Positions 10,372-19,991 of a DNA stretch of 64,000 nucleotides are shown here, piece after piece (the first letter of the stretch is position 1; the number at the start of each line of letters is the position of its first letter). The DNA comes from an uncultured Acidobacteriota bacterium (lineage in GTDB: Bacteria > Acidobacteriota > JAQAZP01): NCBI GenBank assembly GCA_963836075.1, contig CAWIIB010000009.1:2656001-2720000 (forward strand), given 5' to 3'. The notes under the pieces are model-generated. The model had not been told where the DNA came from and made no database searches. It saw only the letters and a program-made list of their open reading frames with translations. A program made the translations under genes and the position numbers.

Positions 10372-10527
10372 GGGCCACATCTTTCCGCAGCCGCCAACCC
10401 CGGTTTCCTCCGGGGCGCAGGCGGTTTCCGGGTTCTCTTCCCCCCCGTTGCCCGCCGCAGCCGAACCATCCATTCCAAACTGTTCAATTTAAATATCATA
10501 TGAGGTTTTCATGGGCTTGGCTCGCCC

Positions 10528-10543
10528 TGGCACGCGGGTTGCT
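10528..10543 (+). promoter_or_regulatory. Sigma-54 (-24/-12) promoter
   Basis: TGGCACG-CGGG-TTGCT is an exact match to the TGGCACG-N4-TTGCW consensus, in the intergenic region upstream of comEA. Confidence 0.75.
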
Positions 10544-10846
10544 GATTCAGTGGGCTTGCCGACCGGCGTCCCCCGGTGATCAGTGGTTCTGCCGCGCCCT
10601 CCCGGTTGTCGCGGCGCCGGGTACGGCACGGTCAACCGGACCAGGGGGGGAGGTGATCGGGGAAGTCATGGATCGCACGGTCGACCAATGCGCCTGCCGG
10701 GTATTCCGGCAGTGGATCGGCCAGGCAGGAGAGAGAGAAGCAGGAGCCGCGGGAGAGCGGCTGTCACCGGTCTGGCGGCCGGTGCAGCTGCCTCCCGCCG
10801 GCGAAACCGAACATCTGGTGAAGCAAACCACGAGGAGAATCTTGAG

Positions 10847-11227
10847 ATGAGCGACCACAAACGCAGTGGCAGGTTTTTCTGGCTGACCGTTTTGACGGCC
10901 TGTCTGATGCTGGCGGCGGTGCAGGCCGATTGCCCGGCCTCCACCGGCGCCGCCCCGGCCAAGGCCTCCGCGGCCCTGGAGGGGGTGGTGAACCTGAACA
11001 CGGCCACCGAGTCCGAACTGACCCGGCTCCCCCGGGTGGGTGAGGCGGTGGCCCGGCGGATCATCGCCTTCCGCGAAAAGCACGGTCCCTTCCAGCGGCC
11101 CGAGGACCTGATGAACGTCCAGGGCATTGGCCAGCGGACCTTTGACCAGCTCCGTCCCCACCTGGCGGTGGAGGGGGAGACCACGCTGAAGCCGTTGCCG
11201 ACCGCGGGTAGCAAGGCGAAAAAATAG
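10847..11227 (+). CDS. comEA: ComEA-family helix-hairpin-helix DNA-binding protein
   Basis: Signal peptide; VNLNTATESELTRLPRVGEAVARRII.FREKHGPF..PEDLMNVQGIG; GAGGAG RBS. Confidence 0.88.
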   Translation: MSDHKRSGRFFWLTVLTACLMLAAVQADCPASTGAAPAKASAALEGVVNLNTATESELTRLPRVGEAVARRIIAFREKHGPFQRPEDLMNVQGIGQRTFDQLRPHLAVEGETTLKPLPTAGSKAKK

Positions 11228-11230
11228 TCA

Positions 11231-11695
11231 GTGAGCGAGGGGGCCGGCCCGCTGCCGCCGCGGCCGGCCCCCGTGGATGCGGGTGCCGGCGGTTGGAGCG
11301 GGATCGAGGTGAGGGATCGCTGGGTGTTCGGGGTGGAGGCCAGGGACGGTGTGTTCTTCTGTGCGGCCATGGCCGAGGACGGGACGGTGCGGGCGATGAG
11401 GGTCTTTCCTCCCGGGTCCCGGGGGGTGGAGCAATTCGTCCGTTTCGCCGCCCGGCAGGGGCCGGCACGGCAGCCGCCGGTGATCGGGTTGCTGGACCGG
11501 ACCAGCGGTCCGGCCGGCGTCCGCGACCTGGCCGAGGCGTTCCGGCGGGAGGGGTTCCAGGTCTGTCCGGTGAATGGTGAAACCCTGGCCGGGTCGTGTC
11601 CCGCCGTCGGCCTGGCCCTGGACGGCGGACGGAACTCGCGGCGGGCGGCCCGGGCCATGCTTGCGGCCGGGGTGGACCGGGAGAGGTCGGGATGA
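11231..11695 (+). CDS. Hypothetical protein
   Basis: ORF fills the gap between comEA and the pilin-like gene, with tight junctions at both ends. Confidence 0.5.
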   Translation: MSEGAGPLPPRPAPVDAGAGGWSGIEVRDRWVFGVEARDGVFFCAAMAEDGTVRAMRVFPPGSRGVEQFVRFAARQGPARQPPVIGLLDRTSGPAGVRDLAEAFRREGFQVCPVNGETLAGSCPAVGLALDGGRNSRRAARAMLAAGVDRERSG

Positions 11696-12312
11696 GTGAC
11701 CAGCTGAACCATTCCGGGCACCGCGGCCTCTCGCTGCCCGAGGTCTGCCTGGCCCTCTGCCTCCTCGGGTTGGCTGCCGCCGCCGTGCTGCCCGCCTGCA
11801 CGTCCTGGATCGACGGGGCCCGGCTGGGCGCGGCCAGCAGCCGGGTGACCATGCTCCTGCGCCAGGTGCGCTACCAGGCCATTGCCCGCGCGGTCTGCCG
11901 CGGGGTGGTCTTCGGTCCCGGCGCTGACGGGCAGACGGTGGTCTACCGGGTGGTGGAGGACGGCAATGGCAACGGCATCAGGCGGGCCGAGGTGGAGTCG
12001 GGGATCGATCCGGTGGTGGACGGCCCGGTGGACCTGGCCACCGAGCACGGCGGCGTCCGTTTCGGCATCATCGATACGGAACCGGTTCCGGTTCTCCCTC
12101 CCGGCTCCGGCACACTCACCAACCCGTCCGACCCGGTCCGCTTCGGCTCGTCCGACCTGGCCTCCTTCACCCCCCAGGGCACCTCCTCCTCGGGAACCGT
12201 CTACCTCCTCTCTCCCCGGGGCCGGATGCGGGCGGTGAGCCTCTACGGGATCACCGGCCGCATCCGGGTCTGGGACTACCTGCCGGCACGGGGAATTTGG
12301 GTCCGCCGCTAA
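11692..12312 (+). CDS. GspH/FimT-like prepilin (minor pilin)
   Basis: Class III-like signal 'HRG^LSLPEVCLALCLLG' and FimT-like C-terminus 'FTPQGTSSSGTVYL...YGITGRIRV'. Confidence 0.75.
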   Translation: MSDQLNHSGHRGLSLPEVCLALCLLGLAAAAVLPACTSWIDGARLGAASSRVTMLLRQVRYQAIARAVCRGVVFGPGADGQTVVYRVVEDGNGNGIRRAEVESGIDPVVDGPVDLATEHGGVRFGIIDTEPVPVLPPGSGTLTNPSDPVRFGSSDLASFTPQGTSSSGTVYLLSPRGRMRAVSLYGITGRIRVWDYLPARGIWVRR

Positions 12313-12441
12313 TCCCCTGCGTTTCTTGACTCACCCCACGTGGTGTGTTACCTTTTTCTTTCTTGGTTGCCCGGCCCCGGGCATCCGGTTAACAGACAGT
12401 GTTATCAATTATTTGCGATATGTCTCGGAAAGGGTTTCCCC

Positions 12442-13558
12442 ATGGCCGCCAACGAGAGTTCACCCGTGAAAAAGACGGCGCTCAACGCCGCGCACCGTCA
12501 GCTGGGCGGGAAGATGGTCGAGTTCGCCGGATGGGATCTGCCCACCCAGTTCAAGGGGGTGATCGAGGAGCACATGGCGGTGCGCACCACTGCCGGTCTC
12601 TTCGACGTCAGCCACATGGGCGAGGTGGAGATTTCCGGGCCGGACAGCCTCGACTTTCTGCAGTGGATCACCTGCAACAACGCGGCGAAGCTGAAGGTGG
12701 GGCAGATCCAGTACCTCGGCCCTGATGCACCCGGCGGGCACCTTTGTGGACGACCTGCTGGTCAACCGCCTGGGCGAGAACGAATACATGCTCTGCATCA
12801 ACGCGGCCAACGCGGCCAAGGACGTGGAGTATATCCAGTCCCGGGTCCGGGGCGACGTCAACGTGATCAACCGCAGCGACGACTACGTCCAACTGGCGCT
12901 GCAGGGCCCCAACGCCCAGGCGATCCTCGACCCGCTGACTCCCGCCGACCTGGAGAGCATCAAGTACTACCGCCTGGTGCGTGACACCGTGCTGGACGCG
13001 CCGTCGATCATCTCCCGCACCGGGTACACCGGGGAGGACGGGTTCGAGATCTACACCGCCCCCGAGCACGCGGAGAAGGTCTGGTTCGCCCTGCTGGAGC
13101 GCGGCGAGCAGGGCGGCTTCGGCCTGCAGCCCATCGGCCTCGCCGCCCGGGACACCCTGCGCCTGGAAGCGAAGATGGCGCTCTACGGCAACGATATCGA
13201 CGACAGCACCACGGTCTACGAGGCGGACCTCGGCTGGATCGTCAAGCTGAAAAAGGGCGACTTCATCGGCCGCGACGTGCTGCTGCGGCAGAAGGAGGAG
13301 GGGGTCAAGCGGATCCTCGCCGGCTTCGAGATGGTGGGGCGGGGAATCGCCCGCCACGGGTACCCCATCGTGCATGGCGGCGGGGAGTGCGGCCAGGTGA
13401 CCAGCGGCAGCTTTGCCCCCTACCTGAAGAAGAACATCGGCCTGGGATACGTGCCGACGGAGGTGAGCGAGGTAGGAACCGACATCGCCGTGCTCATCCG
13501 CGGCAGGGAAGTGCCGGCCAGAATCGTTGAAACACCATTCTACAAGCGTCAGAAGTAA
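12442..13558 (+). CDS. gcvT: Glycine cleavage system T protein (one-base frameshift near 12716)
   Basis: KKTAL..AH, GLFDVSHMGE, then in another frame SRTGYTGEDGFEI, ARDTLRLEA; removing one C from 'cagtacctcggcc' restores QYSALMHP. Confidence 0.93.
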
Positions 13559-13617
13559 GGCCTGCCGGAGCAGGGGCGGAGCCCCGTCAATCGGCACAGC
13601 ACGGAGGAGGAGCAGCG

Positions 13618-14001
13618 ATGAACCCGCAGGATCTCCTGTACACCAAGGAACACGAATGGATCAGGGTCGAAGGCGAGGACGGCGTGGTGGGCATCACCGA
13701 TCACGCCCAGAAGGAACTGGGGGACATCGTCTACGTGGAAACTCCGGAAACCGGGGCTGAGGTGAAATCGGGAGACGAGGTGGGCACCATCGAATCGGTG
13801 AAAGCCGTGTCCCCGCTCTACAGCCCGCTCACCGGCGAAGTGCTGGCGGTGAACGGTGACCTGGACGACGCGCCCGAACTGCTGAACCAGGAGCCGTACG
13901 GCGGCGGCTGGATCTACCGCATGCGCCTGGGCAACACGGGCGAACTTGAAGGCCTGATGAAGGCTGAAGACTACGAGAAGATGGTCTCTTCCGAAGAGTG
14001 A
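13618..14001 (+). CDS. gcvH: Glycine cleavage system H protein
   Basis: YTKEHEW, GITDHAQKELGDIVYV, IESVKAVS (lipoyl Lys). Confidence 0.97.
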   Translation: MNPQDLLYTKEHEWIRVEGEDGVVGITDHAQKELGDIVYVETPETGAEVKSGDEVGTIESVKAVSPLYSPLTGEVLAVNGDLDDAPELLNQEPYGGGWIYRMRLGNTGELEGLMKAEDYEKMVSSEE

Positions 14002-14005
14002 CACG

Positions 14006-15355
14006 ATGCGACGCTTTATCCCCAATTCCGATACGGACCGTGCGGCGATGCTCGAGGAGATCGGGCTGAAGGACAGCGAGGAGCTGTTCTCCCACATCCC
14101 CGGGCAACTGCGCTTCCAGGGTGATCTGGATATCCCGGGGCCGCTCTCCGAGCCCGAACTCACCGCCCGGATGGCCGAACTGGCCGAGGCCAACACGGCG
14201 ATCCGGCCCGCCGACGCCTTCATCGGCGCCGGTGCATACGCCCACTACCTTCCGGCGGCCCTGGACGGGGTCATCTCCCGCTCCGAGTTCCTCTCCGCCT
14301 ATACCCCATACCAGGCGGAGATCAGCCAGGGGACCCTGCAGGCCATTTTCGAGTTCCAGACCATGATCTGCCAGCTCACCGGTATGGACGTGGCCAACGG
14401 CTCGCTCTATGACGGGGCCACCGCGGTGGCTGAAGCGGTGCTGATGAGCCTGCGGGTCAGCCGCAACCGCCGCCGGGTGGTGGCCGCCGGCAGCCTCAAC
14501 CCGCTCTACCGCGACGTGATGCGGACCTATCTGAGCAATCTCGACATCCAGCTGGACGAAGTCCCCTTCGACAGTGGCGGGACCGTGGACCCGGGATCTC
14601 TGGCCGGGCAACTGGAGGACGCTTCCTGCCTGGTGCTGCAGCACCCCAACTTCTTCGGCCGGCTGGAGGACGTATCCGGTCTCACCGCGGCGGCCCACGA
14701 GGCCGGCGCCCACGTGGTGGCCGCGGTCTCCGAACCGGTCAGCCTGGGCCTGCTCACCGCGGTGGGCGATCTGGGCGTCGACCTGGTGGCCGGCAACGGC
14801 GCCTCTTTCGGCAACCCGCTCAGCTTCGGCGGCCCGGGTCTGGGCTTCATCGCCTGCCGCCAGAAAATGGTGCGCAGCCTGCCCGGCCGGCTGGCCGGCC
14901 AGACCGTGGACCAGGACGGCCGCACGGCGTACGTGCTGACCCTCGCCACCCGCGAGCAGCACATCCGCCGGGCCAAGGCCACCTCTAACATCTGCACCAA
15001 CCAGGCGCTCTGCGCCACTGCGGCCACCGTCTTCATGTCGCTGATGGGGCAGGACGGCGCCCGCGAGCTGGCCCGGCAGAATGCACTGAAGAGCCACTAC
15101 GCCCGGGGCAGGCTCACCGCCATCCCCGGCGTGGAAGACCTCTTCCCCGGGCCCTGTTTCAACGAGTTCGTGCTGCGTCTGCCCGGTGATGCCGGGCGCG
15201 TGGCCGAGGCACTGCTGAAAGACAGGATCCTGGGCGGCCTGCCGCTGGGCAGTTATTACCCCGATCTGGCCCATGCCATGCTCTTCTGCGTCACCGAGGT
15301 GAACAGCCGGGAGAGTATCGACCGCCTGGCCGCCAGGCTGGAGGGTGCGCTATGA
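14006..15355 (+). CDS. gcvPA: Glycine dehydrogenase subunit 1
   Basis: AYTPYQAEISQGTLQAIFEFQ, SLYDGATA, TREQHIRRAKATSNICTNQ. Confidence 0.96.
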   Translation: MRRFIPNSDTDRAAMLEEIGLKDSEELFSHIPGQLRFQGDLDIPGPLSEPELTARMAELAEANTAIRPADAFIGAGAYAHYLPAALDGVISRSEFLSAYTPYQAEISQGTLQAIFEFQTMICQLTGMDVANGSLYDGATAVAEAVLMSLRVSRNRRRVVAAGSLNPLYRDVMRTYLSNLDIQLDEVPFDSGGTVDPGSLAGQLEDASCLVLQHPNFFGRLEDVSGLTAAAHEAGAHVVAAVSEPVSLGLLTAVGDLGVDLVAGNGASFGNPLSFGGPGLGFIACRQKMVRSLPGRLAGQTVDQDGRTAYVLTLATREQHIRRAKATSNICTNQALCATAATVFMSLMGQDGARELARQNALKSHYARGRLTAIPGVEDLFPGPCFNEFVLRLPGDAGRVAEALLKDRILGGLPLGSYYPDLAHAMLFCVTEVNSRESIDRLAARLEGAL

Positions 15356-16850
15356 CCACCAACGGAACCACCTTCCGGGAGCCGTTGATCTTCGACATCG
15401 GCGGCGAAGGCCGCACCGGTTTTGCGCTCCCTGCCCTGGACGTGCCCGACACCGATCTGGCCGACGTGCTGGGCGAGGGAAACGTGCGTGACTCGATTCC
15501 CGGTTTCCCCCGGGTGAGCGAGGTGGAGGTGGTCCGCCACTTCTACCGTCTCTCCAAGTGGAACTACTGTATCGAGAACGGGCTCTACCCCCTCGGCTCA
15601 TGCACCATGAAGCACAACCCGCGGATCAACGAGGTGCTGGCCCGGCTCCCCGGGTTCGTGGAGAGCCACCCGTTACGGCCCACTTCGGCGGCCCAGGGCA
15701 ACCTGGAACTGCTGCACCATCTATCCGGCCTGCTGGCCGAGATCACCGGCCTGGATGCGGTGACCCTGCACCCCTGCGCCGGGTCCCATGGCGAATTGAC
15801 CGGGATGATGCTGGTCAAGAAGCATTTCGACACCCTGGGTGAGAAGCGGAAAACGGTGCTGATCCCCGATTCGGCCCACGGCACCAATCCGGCCAGCGCG
15901 GTGATCTGCGGTTTTGAAGCGAAGGAGATCCCCTCCGGTCCCGACGGCTGCGTGGACCTGGCACGCCTGGAAGCGGAGATGAGCGAGGACGTGGCGGCCC
16001 TGATGCTGACCAACCCCAACACCCTGGGGGTCTTCGAGCGCCAGATGGACCGCATCACCGAGATCGTCCACTCCCACGGCGGGCTGGTCTACATGGACGG
16101 GGCGAACATGAATGCCCTGCTGGGCAAGGTCCGCCCCGGGGACATGGGTGTGGACGTGCTGCACCTCAACCTGCACAAAACCTTTTCCACCCCCCACGGC
16201 GGCGGCGGCCCGGGCAGCGGCCCGGTGGCGGTGAAAAAAATACTGGAACCCTACCTGCCCCTGCCGGTGGTGACCCGCGTGGAGCAGGACGGGGGCCAGT
16301 GGTTTGAAGAGGACTACAACCGGCCCGCCTCCATCGGCCGCATCGGCGCCTTTTTCGGAAACTTCGGCACCACTGTGCGGGCGCTCTGCTACATCCTCAC
16401 CATGGGGCCTGAAGGCCTGGCCCGGGTCTCCGAGATGGCCGTGCTCAACGCCAACTACATCCGCCGCAAGCTCGAGCCGTTCTTCCATCTCAAGTACAAA
16501 AGCCCAGTGCTGCACGAGGTGGTCTTCGACGACAAGCTCCAGGCCGAGCACGGAGTGTCGGTGGGTGACATGGCCAAGCGGCTGATGGATTTCGGATTCC
16601 ACCCGCCCACGGTGAGCTTCCCCCTGATCGTGCACGGCGCGATGATGATCGAACCCACCGAGACCGAGCCGCGGGAGGAGATCGACCGTTTCATCGAGGC
16701 GATGATCCAGATTGCCGGAGAGGTGAAGAGCAATCCGGACCTGATCACCACGGCGCCCCGCAGCACACCGGTCAGCCGGCTGGACGAGGTGCAGGCGGCA
16801 CGCAAACCGGTGCTCAGGTGGACGCCGGGGGACGGGGGGAAGGGCAGTAG
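15352..16850 (+). CDS. gcvPB: Glycine dehydrogenase subunit 2 (stop apparently lost to an indel)
   Basis: YPLGSCTMKHNP, SAHGTNPASA, LNLHKTFSTPHGGGGPG, ends RLDEVQAARKPVLRW; one extra base in the G-run at 16834-16839 would bring TAG 16848-16850 in frame. Confidence 0.92.
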
Positions 16851-16854
16851 CGCA

Positions 16855-17478
16855 TCAGCTCCAGCGGAACGATTCTTCGGGAAACCCGGTCTGCAGCAGC
16901 AGCTGGTAGAGCAGGGACAGCGGCAGGCCCACCACATTGGAGTAACTGCCTTCGATGTGCTCCACAAAGACGGCGGCCCGGCCCTGGATGCCGTAGCCGC
17001 CGGCCTTGTCGTCCGGCTCGCCGCTGGCCACGTAGCGCTCGATCTCCGATTCGGTGAGCCGGAGGAAGGTTACCGCGGTCTCGGCCACGTCGGCCAGCAG
17101 CTCCCCGCCGTCCGGCGGCAGCACGGTGACCCCGGTGACCACCCGGTGGGTGGCGCCGGAGAGCCCGCGCAGCATCCGCGCCGCGTCCTCACGGTCCACC
17201 GGCTTGCCGAGGATCTCCCCGTTGTTCACCACCACCGTGTCCGCGGCGATCACCCAGTGCTGCTCGTTCCACCTGCCGGCCGTGCGTGCCTTGGAGCGCG
17301 ATACCCGCAACACGAAATCCTCGGGCGGCTCCCCGGGCACCGCGATCTCCGGGACCCTCGACGGCCGGATGATGAAACTGAGCCCGATCTCGCGCAGCAG
17401 CTCGGCGCGCCGGGGCGAGGCCGAGGCCAGAATCAGCCCGGGACCGTTGCCGGTCTGTTTCTCCGGGGTACCTGTCAT
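16855..17478 (-). CDS. maf: Maf family nucleotide pyrophosphatase
   Basis: LILASASPRRAELL, ADTVV, ILGKP, DKAGGYGIQG, NVVGLP. Confidence 0.95.
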   Translation of the reverse strand: MTGTPEKQTGNGPGLILASASPRRAELLREIGLSFIIRPSRVPEIAVPGEPPEDFVLRVSRSKARTAGRWNEQHWVIAADTVVVNNGEILGKPVDREDAARMLRGLSGATHRVVTGVTVLPPDGGELLADVAETAVTFLRLTESEIERYVASGEPDDKAGGYGIQGRAAVFVEHIEGSYSNVVGLPLSLLYQLLLQTGFPEESFRWS

Positions 17479-17498
17479 GGCTGGTGGCCTCTCCGGGA

Positions 17499-17912
17499 TC
17501 AGCCGGAGCGCGCCCGGCTTACCCGCGTTTTCTTTTTTTTTTTACGCCCCGGGGCAAAGAAGCGGCGGTGCAGCATCCAGCCGGCCAGCAGGCCGGGGAC
17601 CAGGCCGAGGTTCAGCCGCAGCACCAGGCCGGTGGTCAGCCGGAAGATCCCGAAATCCGGGCTGGCGGCGGGGAGGAGCTGCAGGGGAACCCCGTGGAGG
17701 ATGAACGCCGGCAACCGGCCCTGCCCGTCCAGCAGCACGCCGGCAGCCCGGAAGAGCGCCATGCCGATGGCGCCGCAGATCAGCAGCAGGGCCGCCAGGT
17801 GCAGCGCCTGTCCGGAGTTGCTGCCGGCCGGGCGGGTGCTAGAAGCCGACCTTCTTGCCGTCCGTGGCCGGGGCTCCGGCGATCTCCCCGAAGTTTTTCT
17901 CGTACTGGCCAA
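17499..17912 (-). CDS. Small membrane protein, possibly DUF4321-like (start uncertain)
   Basis: Hydrophobic 'DFGIFRLTTGLVLRLNLGLVPGLLAGW' segment; sits between the DUF3467 gene and maf. Confidence 0.45.
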   Translation of the reverse strand: MASTRKTSGRSPEPRPRTARRSASSTRPAGSNSGQALHLAALLLICGAIGMALFRAAGVLLDGQGRLPAFILHGVPLQLLPAASPDFGIFRLTTGLVLRLNLGLVPGLLAGWMLHRRFFAPGRKKKKKTRVSRARSG

Positions 17913-18138
17913 TGTTCCGCTTCAGTGCCTCCAGCAGCTGCTTGGCATGAAAGGGTGAAATGATGATCCGGGAGTGGACGGTGAACTCCTTGCGGCCGGG
18001 GACCACCCGGCCGAAATCCACCACGAACTCCGACTGGTTGTGCATCACGTTGGCCAGGTTGACGTATACGCCTTCGGCCACTTTCTCGTCGATTTTCGCC
18101 TTGAGCTGGATTTCTCCCGGTTTTCTTGGCTGGTCCAT
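17839..18138 (-). CDS. DUF3467-family protein
   Basis: VAEGVYVNLANVMHNQSEFVVDF...SRIIISPFHAKQLLEALKRNIGQYEKNFGEI. Confidence 0.85.
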   Translation of the reverse strand: MDQPRKPGEIQLKAKIDEKVAEGVYVNLANVMHNQSEFVVDFGRVVPGRKEFTVHSRIIISPFHAKQLLEALKRNIGQYEKNFGEIAGAPATDGKKVGF

Positions 18139-18384
18139 GGGTTGCTTTCCTGGCTGAGCGTGTCAACAGGGATGACACGCGTTGTCGATGGTAGTGGGCA
18201 GTCCCCGTCCGTCACCTGCCCGGCCGGGACCACCGATCCAGTCTAGTTGGGGGGCTGTTTCAAGTCAAACCACAGATTGTTCCGGCCGGGCAGGTTTGAC
18301 GTTCCTTCAAGGCCTGGCGGATAATGGCCGCGGGAGAGACGATCCATCCCTGCTGACCAGCGCCGCCAAGGAGAGGACGGCCCG

Positions 18385-19488
18385 ATGCACCGCGTGCTTC
18401 ACGTGATTACCTCGCTCGATGCCGACGGCGCCCAGACCCTGCTGATGGACTTCGCCTCCCGCTGCCCGGCACACCGCTGCAGCAACCTGGTGGCCTTCCT
18501 GGTGGGGCCGGGGAAACTGGCCGGGGAAGACCGCTACGCCGGCGTGGAGGTGGCGGACCTGACCCGCGGCGGGGCCTTTGATCTGCGGTCGCTGTTCAGG
18601 CTGAAGCGGCTGATCCGGACGCGGCGGATCGACCTGGTGCACACCCACCTGGTGCACGGGGGGATCCTGGGCCGCTTCGCCGCCGGGCTGGGCGGGGTGC
18701 GCCGGGTGGTGACCACCCGGCATTACGGCACTGAGCAGAAGGAGCGGTCGCTGCTCTACCGCCTGGAGGACCGGATGACCCGCCGCAGCGGCCGGGTGAT
18801 CGCCATCTCCGAGGCGGTCCGCCGGCACCTGGAGGACCGGGGCATCGCCCCGGCGGAGCGGATCCGGGTAATCCACAACGCGCTGGACCCGGAGCTGTTC
18901 GGGGATCAGCCGTCCCCGCCCCGTACGGACCCCGGGCGGGCACCGGCGCTGGGCAGCATCGGCCGCCTGAGGCCCCAGAAGGGGTTTCAGCACCTGCTGG
19001 AGGCCTTCCGCCTGGTCCTGGACCGCCACCCGGCGGCGACCCTGGAGATCGTGGGGGACGGGCCGCTGCGCGGCGAGCTTGAGCTGCGCAGCCGGGAACT
19101 GGGAATCGCCGGTGCGGTGCGGTTTTCCGGCGCCGTGCCCCACGCCCGGATTCCGCAGCTCATCGACAGCTGGGACCTCTTTGTCCTTTCCTCGGTCTGG
19201 GAGGGCTTCGGTATGGTGCTCATCGAGGCCATGGCCCGGGCCCGGGCCACCGTGGCCACCCGGGTGGAAGGGGTGGTGGAAGTGGTGGAGGAGGGGGTCA
19301 GCGGTGTGCTGGTGCCGCCGGCCGATCCCGGTGCCCTGGCCCGGGCGTTGGGCGGGCTGCTGGACGACCCGGACCGCTGTGCGGCCATGGGGCGGGCCGG
19401 CCGGGAGCGGGCCCTGCGCCTCTTCTCCATGGAGACCTTCGTGGAGCAGACTTTGGCCGTCTATGACGAGCTGTGGGGGGAGCGGTGA
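18385..19488 (+). CDS. Glycosyltransferase family 4 (GT-B)
   Basis: VLHVITSL, IGRLRPQKGF, FVLSSVWEGFGMVLIEAMA. Confidence 0.92.
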   Translation: MHRVLHVITSLDADGAQTLLMDFASRCPAHRCSNLVAFLVGPGKLAGEDRYAGVEVADLTRGGAFDLRSLFRLKRLIRTRRIDLVHTHLVHGGILGRFAAGLGGVRRVVTTRHYGTEQKERSLLYRLEDRMTRRSGRVIAISEAVRRHLEDRGIAPAERIRVIHNALDPELFGDQPSPPRTDPGRAPALGSIGRLRPQKGFQHLLEAFRLVLDRHPAATLEIVGDGPLRGELELRSRELGIAGAVRFSGAVPHARIPQLIDSWDLFVLSSVWEGFGMVLIEAMARARATVATRVEGVVEVVEEGVSGVLVPPADPGALARALGGLLDDPDRCAAMGRAGRERALRLFSMETFVEQTLAVYDELWGER

Positions 19489-19817
19489 TGAGCAGCGTCC
19501 GGCGCCGGAAGTTCGTTCCCCTGGGTGACCTGCTGGGCGGCATTCTGGAGCAGGCCCTGCCCGAGGACCGGGGGCTGCGGGCGCAACTGGCAGCCGAGGC
19601 CTTCCTCCGCCTGGCCGGGCCGGTGGTGGCCGGCCGTTGCCGAATCCTCGGTCTGGAAGGCGACACCCTCCGGGTTACCGTTTCCGTCCCCCGCTGGCAC
19701 AAGGAACTGCAGCAGCTGGCCGGGGACTACCTCCGCCGGGTCAACGACGAACTGCCCCCGTCACTGCGGCTGGCCGCCATCCGCTTCCTGGGCCCACAAA
19801 AAAAGCGGGAGCCGTGA
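19488..19817 (+). CDS. DUF721/DciA-family protein
   Basis: 'LGDLLGGIL...GPVVAGRCR..GLEGDTLRVTV..PRWHKELQ...LRRVN...IRF' pattern; coupled to the GT stop. Confidence 0.7.
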   Translation: MSSVRRRKFVPLGDLLGGILEQALPEDRGLRAQLAAEAFLRLAGPVVAGRCRILGLEGDTLRVTVSVPRWHKELQQLAGDYLRRVNDELPPSLRLAAIRFLGPQKKREP

Positions 19818-19827
19818 AGCTCCCGCT
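19797..19827. terminator. Hairpin terminator (U-tract on the minus strand, after tRNA-Val)
   Basis: AAAAAA-AGCGGGAGC-cgtgaa-GCTCCCGCT between convergent transcripts. Confidence 0.7.
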
Positions 19828-19836
19828 CTGGTCTGC

Positions 19837-19911
19837 TGGTGGGCGATACGTGATTTGAACACGTGACTTCTGCCGTGTGAGGACAGCACTCTACCGCTGA
19901 GTTAATCGCCC
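19837..19911 (-). tRNA. tRNA-Val (CAC)
   Basis: Minus strand GGGCGATTAACTCAGCGGTAGAGTGCTGTCCT-CAC-ACGGCAGAAGTCACGTGTTCAAATCACGTATCGCCCACCA; cloverleaf with encoded CCA. Confidence 0.95.
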
Positions 19912-19956
19912 GTTGTCATTCCCGTCCCCGAAAAATCTCCCGAAGACCGGGCCAAA

Positions 19957-19985
19957 AATATAGTTGAAACACCGGAAGGTGTCAA
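19957..19985 (-). promoter_or_regulatory. Sigma-70 promoter of tRNA-Val
   Basis: TTGACA-17 nt-TATATT on the minus strand, 45 nt upstream of the tRNA. Confidence 0.7.
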
Positions 19986-19991
19986 TGGAGA

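Noticed and set aside
8350-10473. Long antisense ORFs (also 25862-28384, 44800-46530, 38190-39806, 62473-63945)
   Set aside because: Shadow ORFs typical of high-GC DNA, each opposite a gene with clear family motifs.
12313-12441. Glycine riboswitch upstream of gcvT
   Set aside because: No recognisable aptamer motifs and the region is too short for the usual tandem form.
15352-17958. 868-aa ORF suggesting a GcvPB fusion
   Set aside because: The extension is antisense to maf and neighbours; GcvPB homology ends near 16830 and one indel restores a stop.
19837-19990. Integrative element at tRNA-Val
   Set aside because: No integrase, duplicated tRNA 3' end or compositional shift nearby.
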